This document shows positions 22,109 to 32,100 of a DNA stretch of 64,000 nt, piece after piece. The position numbers and the translations under genes were made by a program. The stretch's first letter is position 1. The number at the start of each line of letters is the position of its first letter. The stretch covers positions 87,408-151,407 of the forward strand of contig CAVPSJ010000016.1 of NCBI GenBank assembly GCA_963708295.1, in the 5' to 3' direction. The DNA is from an uncultured delta proteobacterium (GTDB lineage: Bacteria > Desulfobacterota > BSN033 > UBA1163). The notes beneath the pieces were generated by a model, which did no database searches, was not told the origin of the DNA, and worked only from the letters and a program-made list of their open reading frames with translations.

Positions 22109-22253
22109 CAGGCTGCTGAAAAACGCCCATCTGCAGCGTTCCCTCTGCCTATTGGTTGACAGGCAGGTCCTTCATCGTTGCAGCGTACACAAAAGTACGC
22201 CTCACTCTTCAGGATTTCGGGCGCCTTGCATCTGGGCATTTTTGATCAGCCTG
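22109..22253. mobile_element. Composite MITE family, copy 2
   Basis: CAGGCTGCTGAAAAACGCCCATCTGC...GCCTTGCATCTGGGCATTTTTGATCAGCCTG. Confidence 0.75.
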
Positions 22254-22330
22254 GGAAAATGACTTCAAGCCTCGAGCCCTTACCCCTTGAGTCCTCGGTC
22301 TTTCGACCTTCTCGAGACAAGATGCGGGTT

Positions 22331-23359
22331 CTATTTCCCTGGCCTCGGGATTCCAAGCTCTTGAGGGTTCTTTTTTGCTTCCTTAATATCATAAAGGAGC
22401 CAGGCCTGAACCTGTGTCTGATTTTCCCAGACTTTATCCGCATCTGCGCCCACTGTGCCATTCAGAGGCAACAAGGTCTTTTTACCAAAATTCTTTACGG
22501 CATCGCTCGCCATGGCGATCTTAAACGCATCGATCAATTTCTTGATTCGGTCTTCGGGAATCCCTTTTGCATAACCTAAAGCCCGAAATCCCTTTCCGGC
22601 GGACAGTTTGTCCTTCATTTGAGGGACAAATTGAGTGATCGGTGGGATCACACCGAACCCTTCCAGGTTAAAGGGTTTATCATCGAAGACGAAGATGGGA
22701 CGCACCATCTTCGAGTTGATGACCGTGAGGGCCTCGGATAGATCGCTGGTTCCAAAGTCGACCTCTTTCTTGGCAACCGCCATGGCTGAAGGAGCCCCGC
22801 CTTCATACGGGACGGCCTTAAATTTTCCGCCAAGGGTATTCATGACGATGAGCTGGGGGACATGCCACATCCCACCGATACCACTGTTCGACCCTGTGAG
22901 ATCTCCCTTTTTGAACCCCTCGATCAAATCCTTTGGGGTTTTGATAGGAGAATCCCAGGGTACGGAAAAGGTGGGGAGGGTGTCAAAGACAAGGCCAATC
23001 ATCCCAAATTCTTTATAGGTCAGTTTTGATAGGCCTGTTGCAGGGAAGGTCGAAACCGCGCTGCTGATCCCGAAGAGGGTATAGCCGTCTTTGGGCTGCT
23101 TGTAGACATGATCCATCGCAATCGCTGAGTTCGCTCCAGTCATATTGACCACCGGCATGGCGACGCCGAGTGTTTTCCTCATCTCTTCCGAAAGGATCCG
23201 TCCCATCATGTCCATCCCGCCGCCCGGTGCGTATCCGATATAGATTGTGATAGGCCGGGTGGGCCATTTCTCCTCCGCTGCAAAGGACGACGTTGAAATA
23301 AACAGAACACTGAGAATCGCTAATCCGATGACCCTCTTGAAGATCTCGCTTGCTTTCAT
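22331..23359 (-). CDS. TctC/Bug substrate-binding protein
   Basis: WPTRPIT, APGGGMD, KDGYTL, VPYEGG. Confidence 0.9.
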   Translation of the reverse strand: MKASEIFKRVIGLAILSVLFISTSSFAAEEKWPTRPITIYIGYAPGGGMDMMGRILSEEMRKTLGVAMPVVNMTGANSAIAMDHVYKQPKDGYTLFGISSAVSTFPATGLSKLTYKEFGMIGLVFDTLPTFSVPWDSPIKTPKDLIEGFKKGDLTGSNSGIGGMWHVPQLIVMNTLGGKFKAVPYEGGAPSAMAVAKKEVDFGTSDLSEALTVINSKMVRPIFVFDDKPFNLEGFGVIPPITQFVPQMKDKLSAGKGFRALGYAKGIPEDRIKKLIDAFKIAMASDAVKNFGKKTLLPLNGTVGADADKVWENQTQVQAWLLYDIKEAKKNPQELGIPRPGK

Positions 23360-23459
23360 CTCTTTCTCCCTTCTTGATAAGTAGAATAATCAAATTGCCA
23401 CTGCGAGCCAAAAGTGCTGTTTCACTCCTCGCAATGAGGATTATTTAGAGCTGTGGGTG

Positions 23460-23870
23460 TTATTTCACCCAGGGGTCCTCCATGTAAACCGTCCCGGCAG
23501 CCTTCTTGCTCGAGCAGTTTCCGTAAGTGAAGATGAGCTCTGCGGTTTCGGTGTTGCTCATGTTGAGTAAGCCGTGAATTCCTCCTGCCGGAGAAAAGAC
23601 GATGTGGTTCTCGGGGACGATGTATTCTTTCTTCTCCTCACCGATGAAGACTTTGATGGTTCCTTTTCTCACAAAAAAAGCGGCATCACAGTTGGCATGG
23701 TAATGGCGCTGATTCCTTCCGCCCGGGGGAATGATGGTCCTCCCCATGGTGATTGTCTTTGTTCCGGTGGTGGATTCATCGATTCCCCATGCAATCATCA
23801 GGGGAGGCTCATATTTTACGTCCTTGTCCACCTGATCGGTATTGATGATTCTCGGTTCAAGCTTCGCCAT
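23460..23870 (-). CDS. Cupin domain protein
   Basis: IPPGGRNQRHYH...PAGGIHGLLN. Confidence 0.85.
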   Translation of the reverse strand: MAKLEPRIINTDQVDKDVKYEPPLMIAWGIDESTTGTKTITMGRTIIPPGGRNQRHYHANCDAAFFVRKGTIKVFIGEEKKEYIVPENHIVFSPAGGIHGLLNMSNTETAELIFTYGNCSSKKAAGTVYMEDPWVK

Positions 23871-23922
23871 CGTGTATTCCTCCTCTTCAGGGTATTAGAA
23901 ATTGAAGAACAATGAAATTCTG

Positions 23923-25422
23923 TCAGCTCGATTGAATGATACCTTTCCGTCTCCAAAGTCGTTTTAAGATTGGAGTCAGCATTAAAAATGCTGCAACGCA
24001 CAACAGGGCCGCTGAGATGGGCTTCTGGATAAATAGGGAAGGATCTCCTCCGGAGGAGATCAACGACTGTTGCAGGGACCTTTCAAGGATGGGACCCAGA
24101 ATCATTGCCAGGATTAATGGAGCAGGCGGAAAGCCTCCTTTGCGCATCAGATATCCCATGACTCCGAAAGCCACCATGGTCCCAACATCAAAGACGGCAC
24201 TCTTTACACTGTAGGCGCCGATGACACAGACGATGACTACGACGACCGCCAGGAAGTGGTAGGGAACTCTCAGGAGACGAACCCACAGGCCGATCAGAGG
24301 CAGATTCAGTGCTAAAAGCATGATATTGCCGATATACATGGAAGCGATCACCCCCCAGAACAGATTCGGATACTCCTGAAGGAGCAGGGGGCCTGGTCGT
24401 ATTCCATGGATCATGAGGGCGACAAAAATCATCGCGATCGTCGCATTTCCTGGTATCCCTAACGTAAGAAGGGGGATGAAGGAGGATGTGGAGGCTGCGT
24501 TGTTGGCTGCCTCCGGTGCGGCGACTCCCTCGATCGCTCCTTTGCCAAATTGTTCTGGGTGTTTGGAAATTCTTTTTTCGACGGCATAGGATACGAAGGA
24601 ACTGATGATGGCGCCGCCGCCCGGAAGGACTCCAATGAAAAAACCAAGGAAAGACCCCCTGAGCACCGACGCCCAACACCTTCGCCAATCCTCCCTTGTG
24701 GGAAGGAGTCCTTTAAAAGAAGTCTTGAAAACATCTCTGATCTCGGGAGCCTCAAGGTTGATGAGTACTTCTGAGATTCCAAAAAGCCCCATGGCCACGA
24801 CGACAAAATCAAACCCGTCCAGCAAACGAGAGACGCCGAAGGTAAACCGGGTCGCACCATGGACTGGATCAATCCCCACGGTGCCAAGCAAAAGCCCAAG
24901 GGCTGCCATGGCAAGCCCCTTCACAATGGACTCTTCAGAGAGATAGACGGCCATCATCAAGCCGAGGAGGACCAATGAGAAATACTCCGGCGGTCCAAAC
25001 TTGAGTGCGAAGGAAGCGAGGGAAGGCGCTACCAGTGACATGCCGAAAACACTGATGGTCCCGGCAACAAAGGAACCTATCGCCGATATGCCTAACGCAG
25101 GGCCAGCCCGTCCTTGCCTTGCCATCTTATAGCCATCGAGACACGTTACGACAGAAGCTGCTTCGCCAGGGATGTTCAGGAGGATGGACGTGGTTGACCC
25201 GCCATACATGGCCCCATAAAAAATCCCTGCGAGCATGATGGTCGCAGAAGCAGGGTCCATTTTGTAAGTTACAGGAAGGAGTAGAGCCACCGTGGCTGGA
25301 GGGCCTAAGCCCGGCAATACACCGATCGCTGTTCCGATGACTGCGCCTATGGCTGCAAAAAAGAGGTTCCACGGGCTCAATGCCACGGAGAAGCCTTGAA
25401 TCAGACTGACGAGAAAATCCAT
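23923..25422 (-). CDS. TctA family permease
   Basis: GVLPGLG, YGAMYGGS, APEAANNA, LTLGIPG. Confidence 0.92.
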   Translation of the reverse strand: MDFLVSLIQGFSVALSPWNLFFAAIGAVIGTAIGVLPGLGPPATVALLLPVTYKMDPASATIMLAGIFYGAMYGGSTTSILLNIPGEAASVVTCLDGYKMARQGRAGPALGISAIGSFVAGTISVFGMSLVAPSLASFALKFGPPEYFSLVLLGLMMAVYLSEESIVKGLAMAALGLLLGTVGIDPVHGATRFTFGVSRLLDGFDFVVVAMGLFGISEVLINLEAPEIRDVFKTSFKGLLPTREDWRRCWASVLRGSFLGFFIGVLPGGGAIISSFVSYAVEKRISKHPEQFGKGAIEGVAAPEAANNAASTSSFIPLLTLGIPGNATIAMIFVALMIHGIRPGPLLLQEYPNLFWGVIASMYIGNIMLLALNLPLIGLWVRLLRVPYHFLAVVVVIVCVIGAYSVKSAVFDVGTMVAFGVMGYLMRKGGFPPAPLILAMILGPILERSLQQSLISSGGDPSLFIQKPISAALLCVAAFLMLTPILKRLWRRKGIIQSS

Positions 25423-25437
25423 CCCTTGTCTCCTATT

Positions 25438-25893
25438 TCACAGACCCAGCCGGACTAAGATGCCCACAGGGAGCTCAATCCCCAGAAGTTTGTCGAAGAG
25501 GATGTAGGTCCCGATGGATAGGCAAAGGCTTGTGAGGAGAAGTACCCGCCACGACTTCACATTCAAGATGCGCAGGATGAGACCAGATGCGATGAAGGTA
25601 CCGATAACATACCCGAGGCGGTCTAAGACCCCCACCAATACAATCATTACGACAAGCAAGAGAGCGGGGCGTCCGACATCCCCAAAGACCACTTTCTTCT
25701 GACCCTGTCCGGTCCGTCCCTTGAGAAAAATAATGGCCGAAAAAACGATGAGGGAGAGACCCCCCAGGAAAGGGAAGAAGCCAGGCTGAGGCTCCGTCGG
25801 TGAACCCACTTTGAGGCGAATCGCTCCGATGACGGCTCCCACACCCAGCAAGAAGAGGAAGAGGCTTCCCGCCGCGTCGCTTCGATTTTTCAT
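25438..25893 (-). CDS. TctB family protein
   Basis: EPQPGFFP, LGYVIGT, LLGIELPVG. Confidence 0.85.
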   Translation of the reverse strand: MKNRSDAAGSLFLFLLGVGAVIGAIRLKVGSPTEPQPGFFPFLGGLSLIVFSAIIFLKGRTGQGQKKVVFGDVGRPALLLVVMIVLVGVLDRLGYVIGTFIASGLILRILNVKSWRVLLLTSLCLSIGTYILFDKLLGIELPVGILVRLGL

Positions 25894-25910
25894 AGGGACT
25901 CCGGAAGGGG

Positions 25911-26885
25911 TCAATTGGTTTTCTTGAAAACTTTCCCGAGCTCCTTATGAGCTTCGTACTCTTCTCGCCAGAATTTCGCGAGTTCGTCCGGGCCCAGGTA
26001 ATGGAAATTATCCCCCAGCTTCTTGATCATTGCGATGGACGAGGGGTCCTCCAACATCTTCTTAAAGGCGGAAGCCAGCTTGTCGATGACCGGGCGGGGC
26101 GTGGTTTTCGGAGCCATGATTCCCTTCCACAGAAGATTTACGACGTCGACCCCCTCTTCTCGGAGCGTCGGGACATCGGGCAGATCGGGATCTCGCTTCG
26201 TGTCTGAAATGGATAAAGCCCGGAGCTTTCCTGCCTTAATGTGGGGTGTGCTCTGGGTGGGAGCCAAGCAACTGACATCAATGTGGCCTCCCAGGAGCCC
26301 AACCATCGCTTCCGCACCACCGTCATAGGGTATGATTTTTGCTGTAATCCCGGCCTTCAGTTGAATCTGTTTCCACAAAAGGTCAGGCCCTCCCCAGATG
26401 CCCGCATGACCAAATTTTAACTGGCCGGGATGGGCCTTGGCATACTGGATTAACTCTTTAAGTGTTTTGTAAGGGGCATTCGCCGGGACGAGTGTTAACA
26501 TGGCCGAGTAGTTGATCCGACACACCGCCGCGAGATCATCCGGCCCTCTCGATCGCCCCTCAATAGCCGGCAGGGTCGTGTTGGGGCCGGGTCCACCCAT
26601 CAACAGCGTATAGCCGTCGGGAGCCGCCTTTGCGACGATATCCGAAGCAATAGCTCCTCCTCCTCCGGGCTTGAGCTGGATGATGACGGGTTGTCCGAGA
26701 GCTTCCGGCGCGGCACCGACAAAGGCCCGTGCCGTCAGATCACTTGCTCCTCCAGGGCCAAATGGGATGATCAAGGTAATTGATTTGGTTGGAAACTCCT
26801 GGGCATGGGTGACTTGAAACCAGACGAGGGGAACCGCTAGCAGAACCAAGAAAAACAATCCTCCCTTTCCGCATTGCTTTTTCAT
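25911..26885 (-). CDS. TctC/Bug substrate-binding protein
   Basis: FPTKSIT, PFGPGGASD, APDGYTL, LPDVPTLRE; RBS before the ATG at 26885. Confidence 0.9.
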   Translation of the reverse strand: MKKQCGKGGLFFLVLLAVPLVWFQVTHAQEFPTKSITLIIPFGPGGASDLTARAFVGAAPEALGQPVIIQLKPGGGGAIASDIVAKAAPDGYTLLMGGPGPNTTLPAIEGRSRGPDDLAAVCRINYSAMLTLVPANAPYKTLKELIQYAKAHPGQLKFGHAGIWGGPDLLWKQIQLKAGITAKIIPYDGGAEAMVGLLGGHIDVSCLAPTQSTPHIKAGKLRALSISDTKRDPDLPDVPTLREEGVDVVNLLWKGIMAPKTTPRPVIDKLASAFKKMLEDPSSIAMIKKLGDNFHYLGPDELAKFWREEYEAHKELGKVFKKTN

Positions 26886-27022
26886 AAATCCTCTCCCTTC
26901 CCATCCTGCCTTTTCAGCATGATGCTTAAGCTTCGTCTCTACTGTAGGAGTGTCTACGTCATACAAACGGGGTTGTTCTTTTTCCGGTGTCCCTGAATGA
27001 TCTCCTGAAATCCCTATTTTAT

Positions 27023-28150
27023 TTATCGATAAAACTCCTCCAAGTCAATAGGGAGCTTTAGGGCCAAACCCCGTTCTGCCGACAGATCCATGGCCATGGT
27101 CAAAACAAGATTCCGGTGTCCGTCTTCTGCAGTGGCGTGAGGGGTTTCAAGTCCTGTATAGAGGCGCGAAAACCAGGCATTGGTTTCTTCCCGGATCGGT
27201 CCCCAGGTCTGGTTGAAGGCGACGTCTCCGGGCGGGTAGCTGGTGAGAAAGTCGACATGACGCTCAAAATCGGGTTTGTAGCCCTCGGGTCTATACCCCG
27301 CCCATTGAGGGAGTTCGGAAGCGATTACTACGTCACGATGGGTATCCTCAATGTCGATCACCCCTTTCGTCCCTACGATTCCGACCTCGATTCCGTAAAC
27401 AGCTCCCGGCCAAACAATGGGCAAAGCCCAGCTGATATTCATGCTCCAAAGCGTACCGTCTTTGAAGGTGAATATGGCGAAGGTGGAATCCTTGGTTCCC
27501 CATTTCCCGAGCGCTTTATCGACGGCGCGTGCGTAGACTTCGACCGGTTCCTTCCCTTCCAGCATCCACATCATCAGATCGAGGCTGTGTGTGCCGGACA
27601 CGACCATCGGTGTCAAATGCTTCCGATCCTCGGTCCGGCGGACGGTCGCCATGGGAACCATCCGGTTCATGAAGGCTCGAGTGACGACAGAGGTGACTTC
27701 ACCGATCTGGCCCGTTCTGATTTTCTCCTTGACTGTCAGAAAGCGGCGTCGGAACCGATTGGTGTAGCCGATCACGGCATCCACACCGCTTGCCCTGATC
27801 GCATTCAACACCTTCAACGAATCCTTCGCGTCCGTGGCCAATGGCTTTTCGATCAGCAAGTCATGTCCCCGCTCCACGGCGGCCAACGTAGGGGCGACAT
27901 GGTTATTCTCATCCGTCGAGATGATGGTCGCGGTGATTTCAGGCCGCCTGAGAAGTTCTTTGTAGTCGGTGGTGAAAAAATCAGCTTTTGTATCCTCAGC
28001 GAGTTGTCTCACAAGATTCTCTTTGACATCACATACCCCGAGCCATGCCACTCCAGGGTAATTTCGAGCATAGAGCGCGCGGAGACGGCCGATGGTTCCG
28101 CACCCGACGATGGCCAATCCGATCTCCTTTTTCTTTCCCTCTTTCTTCAT
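27023..28150 (-). CDS. Gfo/Idh/MocA family oxidoreductase
   Basis: IVGCGTIG, LIEKPLA, GYTNRF, GTHSLD. Confidence 0.9.
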   Translation of the reverse strand: MKKEGKKKEIGLAIVGCGTIGRLRALYARNYPGVAWLGVCDVKENLVRQLAEDTKADFFTTDYKELLRRPEITATIISTDENNHVAPTLAAVERGHDLLIEKPLATDAKDSLKVLNAIRASGVDAVIGYTNRFRRRFLTVKEKIRTGQIGEVTSVVTRAFMNRMVPMATVRRTEDRKHLTPMVVSGTHSLDLMMWMLEGKEPVEVYARAVDKALGKWGTKDSTFAIFTFKDGTLWSMNISWALPIVWPGAVYGIEVGIVGTKGVIDIEDTHRDVVIASELPQWAGYRPEGYKPDFERHVDFLTSYPPGDVAFNQTWGPIREETNAWFSRLYTGLETPHATAEDGHRNLVLTMAMDLSAERGLALKLPIDLEEFYR

Positions 28151-28170
28151 CCTGCCCCCCTAGTCTTAAC

Positions 28171-28347
28171 TTACTAATGAGGCCATAATTGAGAAGACAT
28201 ATTGACACTGCTCCGACAAATCCCCATCCCCCTCCTGACCTCCCCCTTGAAGGGGGAGGAACATAACGATTTCCCTCCCCTTCAGGGGGAGGGAAGGGTG
28301 GGGGTGGGGTTAATCAGATGGCTATTCAATTATGGACCGATTAATAA
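28171..28347. mobile_element. MITE with ...CCATAATTGA / TCAATTATGG... ends enclosing G/C hairpins
   Basis: TTACTAATGAGGCCATAATTGA versus TCAATTATGGACCGATTAATAA; relatives at 33134-33307, 56686-56828 and 60500-60662. Confidence 0.7.
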
Positions 28348-28381
28348 TTTATCGATTCATTGAAACATCAATGTTTCAGAA

Positions 28382-29578
28382 TCATCCGCAATATTGGGCG
28401 ACGCGCTGGGAAACAAAGTCAACCATCGACTGGGTCGCTCCGGAAAATTCCTTGGCCGTAGCCACCAGGGCCGGATGGGTATTGAACTCGTCGATGGTGT
28501 AACCGTCCTCCGCATAGCCTCTTTTGAAATAAGGGATCTTGAGCAGTTTTTCCATGACTCCTTGCGGGACGGGTTCATCGATCTGGTTTCGAAATTCGAG
28601 GTGACGACCGGTTTCGAGGAGACCCTCCAGATAACCGGGTGGGCAGGTGTAGACGATGTCCGCCCCGGCCGCTTTCTCGACATGCCAGGACCGAATTACG
28701 CCATCGACTTTAGGACTCATCCTCATGGAACAAAGGAGCATCTTGCCCGGATAATCGGAATTCTCTTTCACCAGGCGGCAGGCCTTCTTAAAAATTGCAA
28801 TTTCGGCCCAGCGAATCTCGGCTTCGCTCAAGTCAATATTTCTTTCCGTTGCCTCTTTCTGCAAGTCACCCAGGGTTCCATACCGGGCGCTCATCGCCGT
28901 GATGACTGAACGCCATTCGGAGAGGTCAACTCCTTTGGCCCGGGCCTCTTTCAAGCCTGCGACCACCGCTTGCATGCAAGCGATGAACTGGGGAATGACG
29001 AAAGCAAGGGTGTTATTGGTCGGAATCCCTTTGGCGGTCAACTGTCGGATTACCTCATAGCCTTCTTTGGTTCCGGGGGCCTTGATCATCACATTGGGTG
29101 AAAGAGTATGAAGTTCGACGCCTTGAGCGACCATTCTGTCCACATCGTGCCGGATACGAGGGTCGACCTGCCCTGAGATGTATCCGTGCTTGAAGTGAGA
29201 AGCCTTAAAGGTGGGGAGATACATCTCTGCCCCCCTTTTTACGATCTCTTTATACGTATTCCAAAAAACAACCTCCGTGTCCGTGCACCGGTCTTTGGCG
29301 ATGAGCTGATCCACCCAGCCGCTCCAATATTCAGGGTCGTCCTTGATGGCATTGTAGGACAAAGGGGGGTTGGTGGTGACACCCCGGAAGATGTTTTTCT
29401 CAGGGGGGTTGTCTTTACGATAGAGACGGTCCAGCCACTCCTTCATTTGATTCTTATCGGAGGCCCTCTGAATCATTTTGGCGCGCCAGTTGTCGTAGAT
29501 GATGGGGGAGGAATCCCACCAAATCTCCGCTTCCGGATTGACCTCCCATAACTTTTCGATCACACTCTTTGATCCCAT
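28382..29578 (-). CDS. Transaldolase family protein (long, divergent)
   Basis: IWWDS, GVTTNP, SGQVDP, NVMIKAPGT (Schiff-base Lys), TNNTLAF. Confidence 0.85.
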   Translation of the reverse strand: MGSKSVIEKLWEVNPEAEIWWDSSPIIYDNWRAKMIQRASDKNQMKEWLDRLYRKDNPPEKNIFRGVTTNPPLSYNAIKDDPEYWSGWVDQLIAKDRCTDTEVVFWNTYKEIVKRGAEMYLPTFKASHFKHGYISGQVDPRIRHDVDRMVAQGVELHTLSPNVMIKAPGTKEGYEVIRQLTAKGIPTNNTLAFVIPQFIACMQAVVAGLKEARAKGVDLSEWRSVITAMSARYGTLGDLQKEATERNIDLSEAEIRWAEIAIFKKACRLVKENSDYPGKMLLCSMRMSPKVDGVIRSWHVEKAAGADIVYTCPPGYLEGLLETGRHLEFRNQIDEPVPQGVMEKLLKIPYFKRGYAEDGYTIDEFNTHPALVATAKEFSGATQSMVDFVSQRVAQYCG

Positions 29579-29612
29579 TGATCACTCCTTCTTCTATTGA
29601 ATATGGATTGTT

Positions 29613-29883
29613 CAGGTTGCTGAAAAATGGCCGTCGGCTGCGTTATCCGGTCCCCTTCGGGGACGTGGTAAAAAGTCGCTCCTTATTCGTCGCGACGCCA
29701 CCCCTCATCCTTCCCCGTGTCAAGCACGGAGCAGGCTTGTTGCGACGGACCCGTAGGGAACGGCTTAAAACCGTTCCCTACAAAGGATTGCCTGCCTGAA
29801 CGGCAGGTGAAAAGCACCGCGGGGGCCTTGCATCTAGCCCTTTTTGAGCAATCTGGGAAAGATGACTTTTCAGCAGTCTGCTA
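29613..29883. mobile_element. Composite MITE family, copy 3, with a nested GTAG REP
   Basis: CAGGTTGCTGAAAAA...GCCTTGCATCTAGCCCTTTTTGAGCAATCTG...TTTTCAGCAGTCTGCTA. Confidence 0.75.
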
Positions 29884-30654
29884 CCGGAGATACCTCCCTC
29901 CGCTCACATCGATTGTGATCCCTGTCACGTAACTGGATTCATCGGAGGCAAGAAAGACAACCACAGAGGCCACTTCTCCCGGGGTTCCCAATCGACCCAG
30001 GGGGATGTTCGAAAGGACCTTTTTCTTTTCCTCCTCGCTTCTGTTATCCCAAAGCGATTGGATCCGATCCCCGGTCATGGTCACAGTGGGAGCCACCGCA
30101 TTGACCCGGATACCTGCCTTTCCCCAATCATAGGCAAGTTGCCGGGTGAGTCCTTCCACTCCGGCCTTGGCTGCCGTATATTGGACGCCTGCCAGGGAGG
30201 CTCTCCAGTGGCCCGCCAGAGCCGAGATGTTCACAATAACTCCACCTCTCTGCTTCACCATCTCCGGAATAACCGCTTGACAGCATAAGAACGCTCCCTT
30301 CAGATTCACATCCAGAACGAGGTTCCAATCCTTTTCTTCGATCTCTTCGAGAACATAAGGGGTATTGAGAGCTCCTCCCGCGTTATTCACCAGGATGTCC
30401 ACACTTCCCCATCGCTTCTTCATCTCCTGGACAAACGAACGGACATCGGATCTTTGGGTCACATCGATTTTTCTTCCCATCGTGCGATCCTGTCTCTCAT
30501 CCAATTGTTTCGCGGCCTCAGCCGCTCCTTTTTCGTCGACGTCGAGGATGGCGACCCGTGATCCCTCCTGATGCAGGGCTTTGGCGATGGCAAACCCCAT
30601 CCCACGGGCGCCGCCCGTTACGATGGCATTTTTGTTCTGAAGGCGTTGACCCAT
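29881..30654 (-). CDS. SDR family oxidoreductase
   Basis: TGGARGMG, NNAG, YTAAK, NAVAP. Confidence 0.92.
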   Translation of the reverse strand: MGQRLQNKNAIVTGGARGMGFAIAKALHQEGSRVAILDVDEKGAAEAAKQLDERQDRTMGRKIDVTQRSDVRSFVQEMKKRWGSVDILVNNAGGALNTPYVLEEIEEKDWNLVLDVNLKGAFLCCQAVIPEMVKQRGGVIVNISALAGHWRASLAGVQYTAAKAGVEGLTRQLAYDWGKAGIRVNAVAPTVTMTGDRIQSLWDNRSEEEKKKVLSNIPLGRLGTPGEVASVVVFLASDESSYVTGITIDVSGGRYLR

Positions 30655-30689
30655 ACTTTTCTCCTGCTCAGGGAGCTATGACCGGCAAG

Positions 30690-30812
30690 TGCCCCGCAAG
30701 CCCCGCCTCGTAGGCGGGGTCAAGGGGCATCATCAGAATGAAATTTCCTTTGCTCGCATCCGGCTCGCCGCTCCGTGCCCGCGAAGCCCCGCCCTATGGG
30801 CGGGGAGCTTCA
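30690..30812. repeat. Two-hairpin element resembling IS200/IS605 ends
   Basis: CCCCGCCTCGTAGGCGGGG (30701-30719) and GAAGCCCCGCCCTATGGGCGGGGAGCTTCA (ending 30812). Confidence 0.5.
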
Positions 30813-32054
30813 TTTTTGTTTCTCCATCACCGAAAGAAAAGCTTCTGTCACGGGATCGATGAATTCGGGATCGTTGATATGGGCATCCAATTCGACGACG
30901 GGAATCGAAGGGTTCAGGCTCGCCTTGAATGAATCGATGAACGCTCGATTTCCCTCCGGCTCCCAGTGAGGCAAACCTTTTCTGTCAGGGTAAGAGAATC
31001 CCTTCATGGGAATAAATACCCGGATGAGTCCTTTCCCGCGATTGAGCTTCTGAGCCGTCACTTTCCCGACGCTGACGAGTTCGTCCGAACTCAGTCGAAC
31101 AAGGGTCAAGTTTGGATTGTGAACGATGTATTTTCTGGATTTGAGCTCCTTGGAAAGGCTGCCCAACGGGCCCCAGACCGCATAATTGATGCTTCCCGGA
31201 GCGACGACCTGAGGAAGGCCAAGGGCACCCGCGGCTTCTAATCGGTCATCCCGGATGGCACCGTGCAACCCCCCGGCAAAACGATCTCCGATCTCATGGA
31301 GGTTCAGATCCACCACCCCGCGGAAGGCGCCTTCCCGGATCATATCCTCCATGGCAATTCCCCCTGTCCCGTTCTGGTGGAAGGTCACCACCTCAAAGCC
31401 CCGGTCCTCCAGAATCTTCTTGCAGCGCAGAGCCCCTGGGGTGGTCGTGCCTAGCATGGACAAGGCGACGGGGATTCCCTGCGGGTTCAAGGAACTTCCT
31501 TCGAATCCCTCAAGCATTCCACAAATCGCCCCTGCGGCATTCTCCAGGATGCGTTTGGTGACGAAGTTTAGCCCCTGAATGTCCGCCACCGAATGCATCA
31601 TGGCAATGTCTTTCGTTCCGACATACGGACCAAATGTAGCCCGGCCCGAAGCCACGGTCGAGACCATGAATCGGGGGACGCCTACAGGAAGGGACCGCAT
31701 CGCCGAACAGCCGATATCCGTTCCCTGGGCTCCTCCCATGCCGATGACCCCCTGGAACCGGCCCTGGGTGTAAAGCTCTTTGCAAATGATTTCCGCACCC
31801 CGAATCATGTTCAAGATGCATTTTCCCTTGTCGCCTGTGGCCACGATTTCTCGAAGCGGGGTTCCGCCACGGAGAGCAATCTGTTGCTGATCGATATCCA
31901 CCTGAGCGCGGGGAGGGGCGAGGATTCCGGCATCCATGGTCAAGACCGAAACCCCCCGGGCTTCGATTTTCTTCTTGAGGAAAAGGGCCTCGTCTTCCTT
32001 GGTATCGAAGGTTGCGATAAGAAGAACTGTCTTTTTCACTGTTTCCTTTCCCAT
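30810..32054 (-). CDS. Tm-1-like ATP-binding protein (UPF0261)
   Basis: ATFDTK, GMGGAQGT, VSTVASG, SVADIQGLN, FHQNGTGG, HINDPEF. Confidence 0.88.
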   Translation of the reverse strand: MGKETVKKTVLLIATFDTKEDEALFLKKKIEARGVSVLTMDAGILAPPRAQVDIDQQQIALRGGTPLREIVATGDKGKCILNMIRGAEIICKELYTQGRFQGVIGMGGAQGTDIGCSAMRSLPVGVPRFMVSTVASGRATFGPYVGTKDIAMMHSVADIQGLNFVTKRILENAAGAICGMLEGFEGSSLNPQGIPVALSMLGTTTPGALRCKKILEDRGFEVVTFHQNGTGGIAMEDMIREGAFRGVVDLNLHEIGDRFAGGLHGAIRDDRLEAAGALGLPQVVAPGSINYAVWGPLGSLSKELKSRKYIVHNPNLTLVRLSSDELVSVGKVTAQKLNRGKGLIRVFIPMKGFSYPDRKGLPHWEPEGNRAFIDSFKASLNPSIPVVELDAHINDPEFIDPVTEAFLSVMEKQK

Positions 32055-32100
32055 CTCCGTCCCGGTAGAAACGATGGCCGGTAAGCTATTTCCTCTGTGC

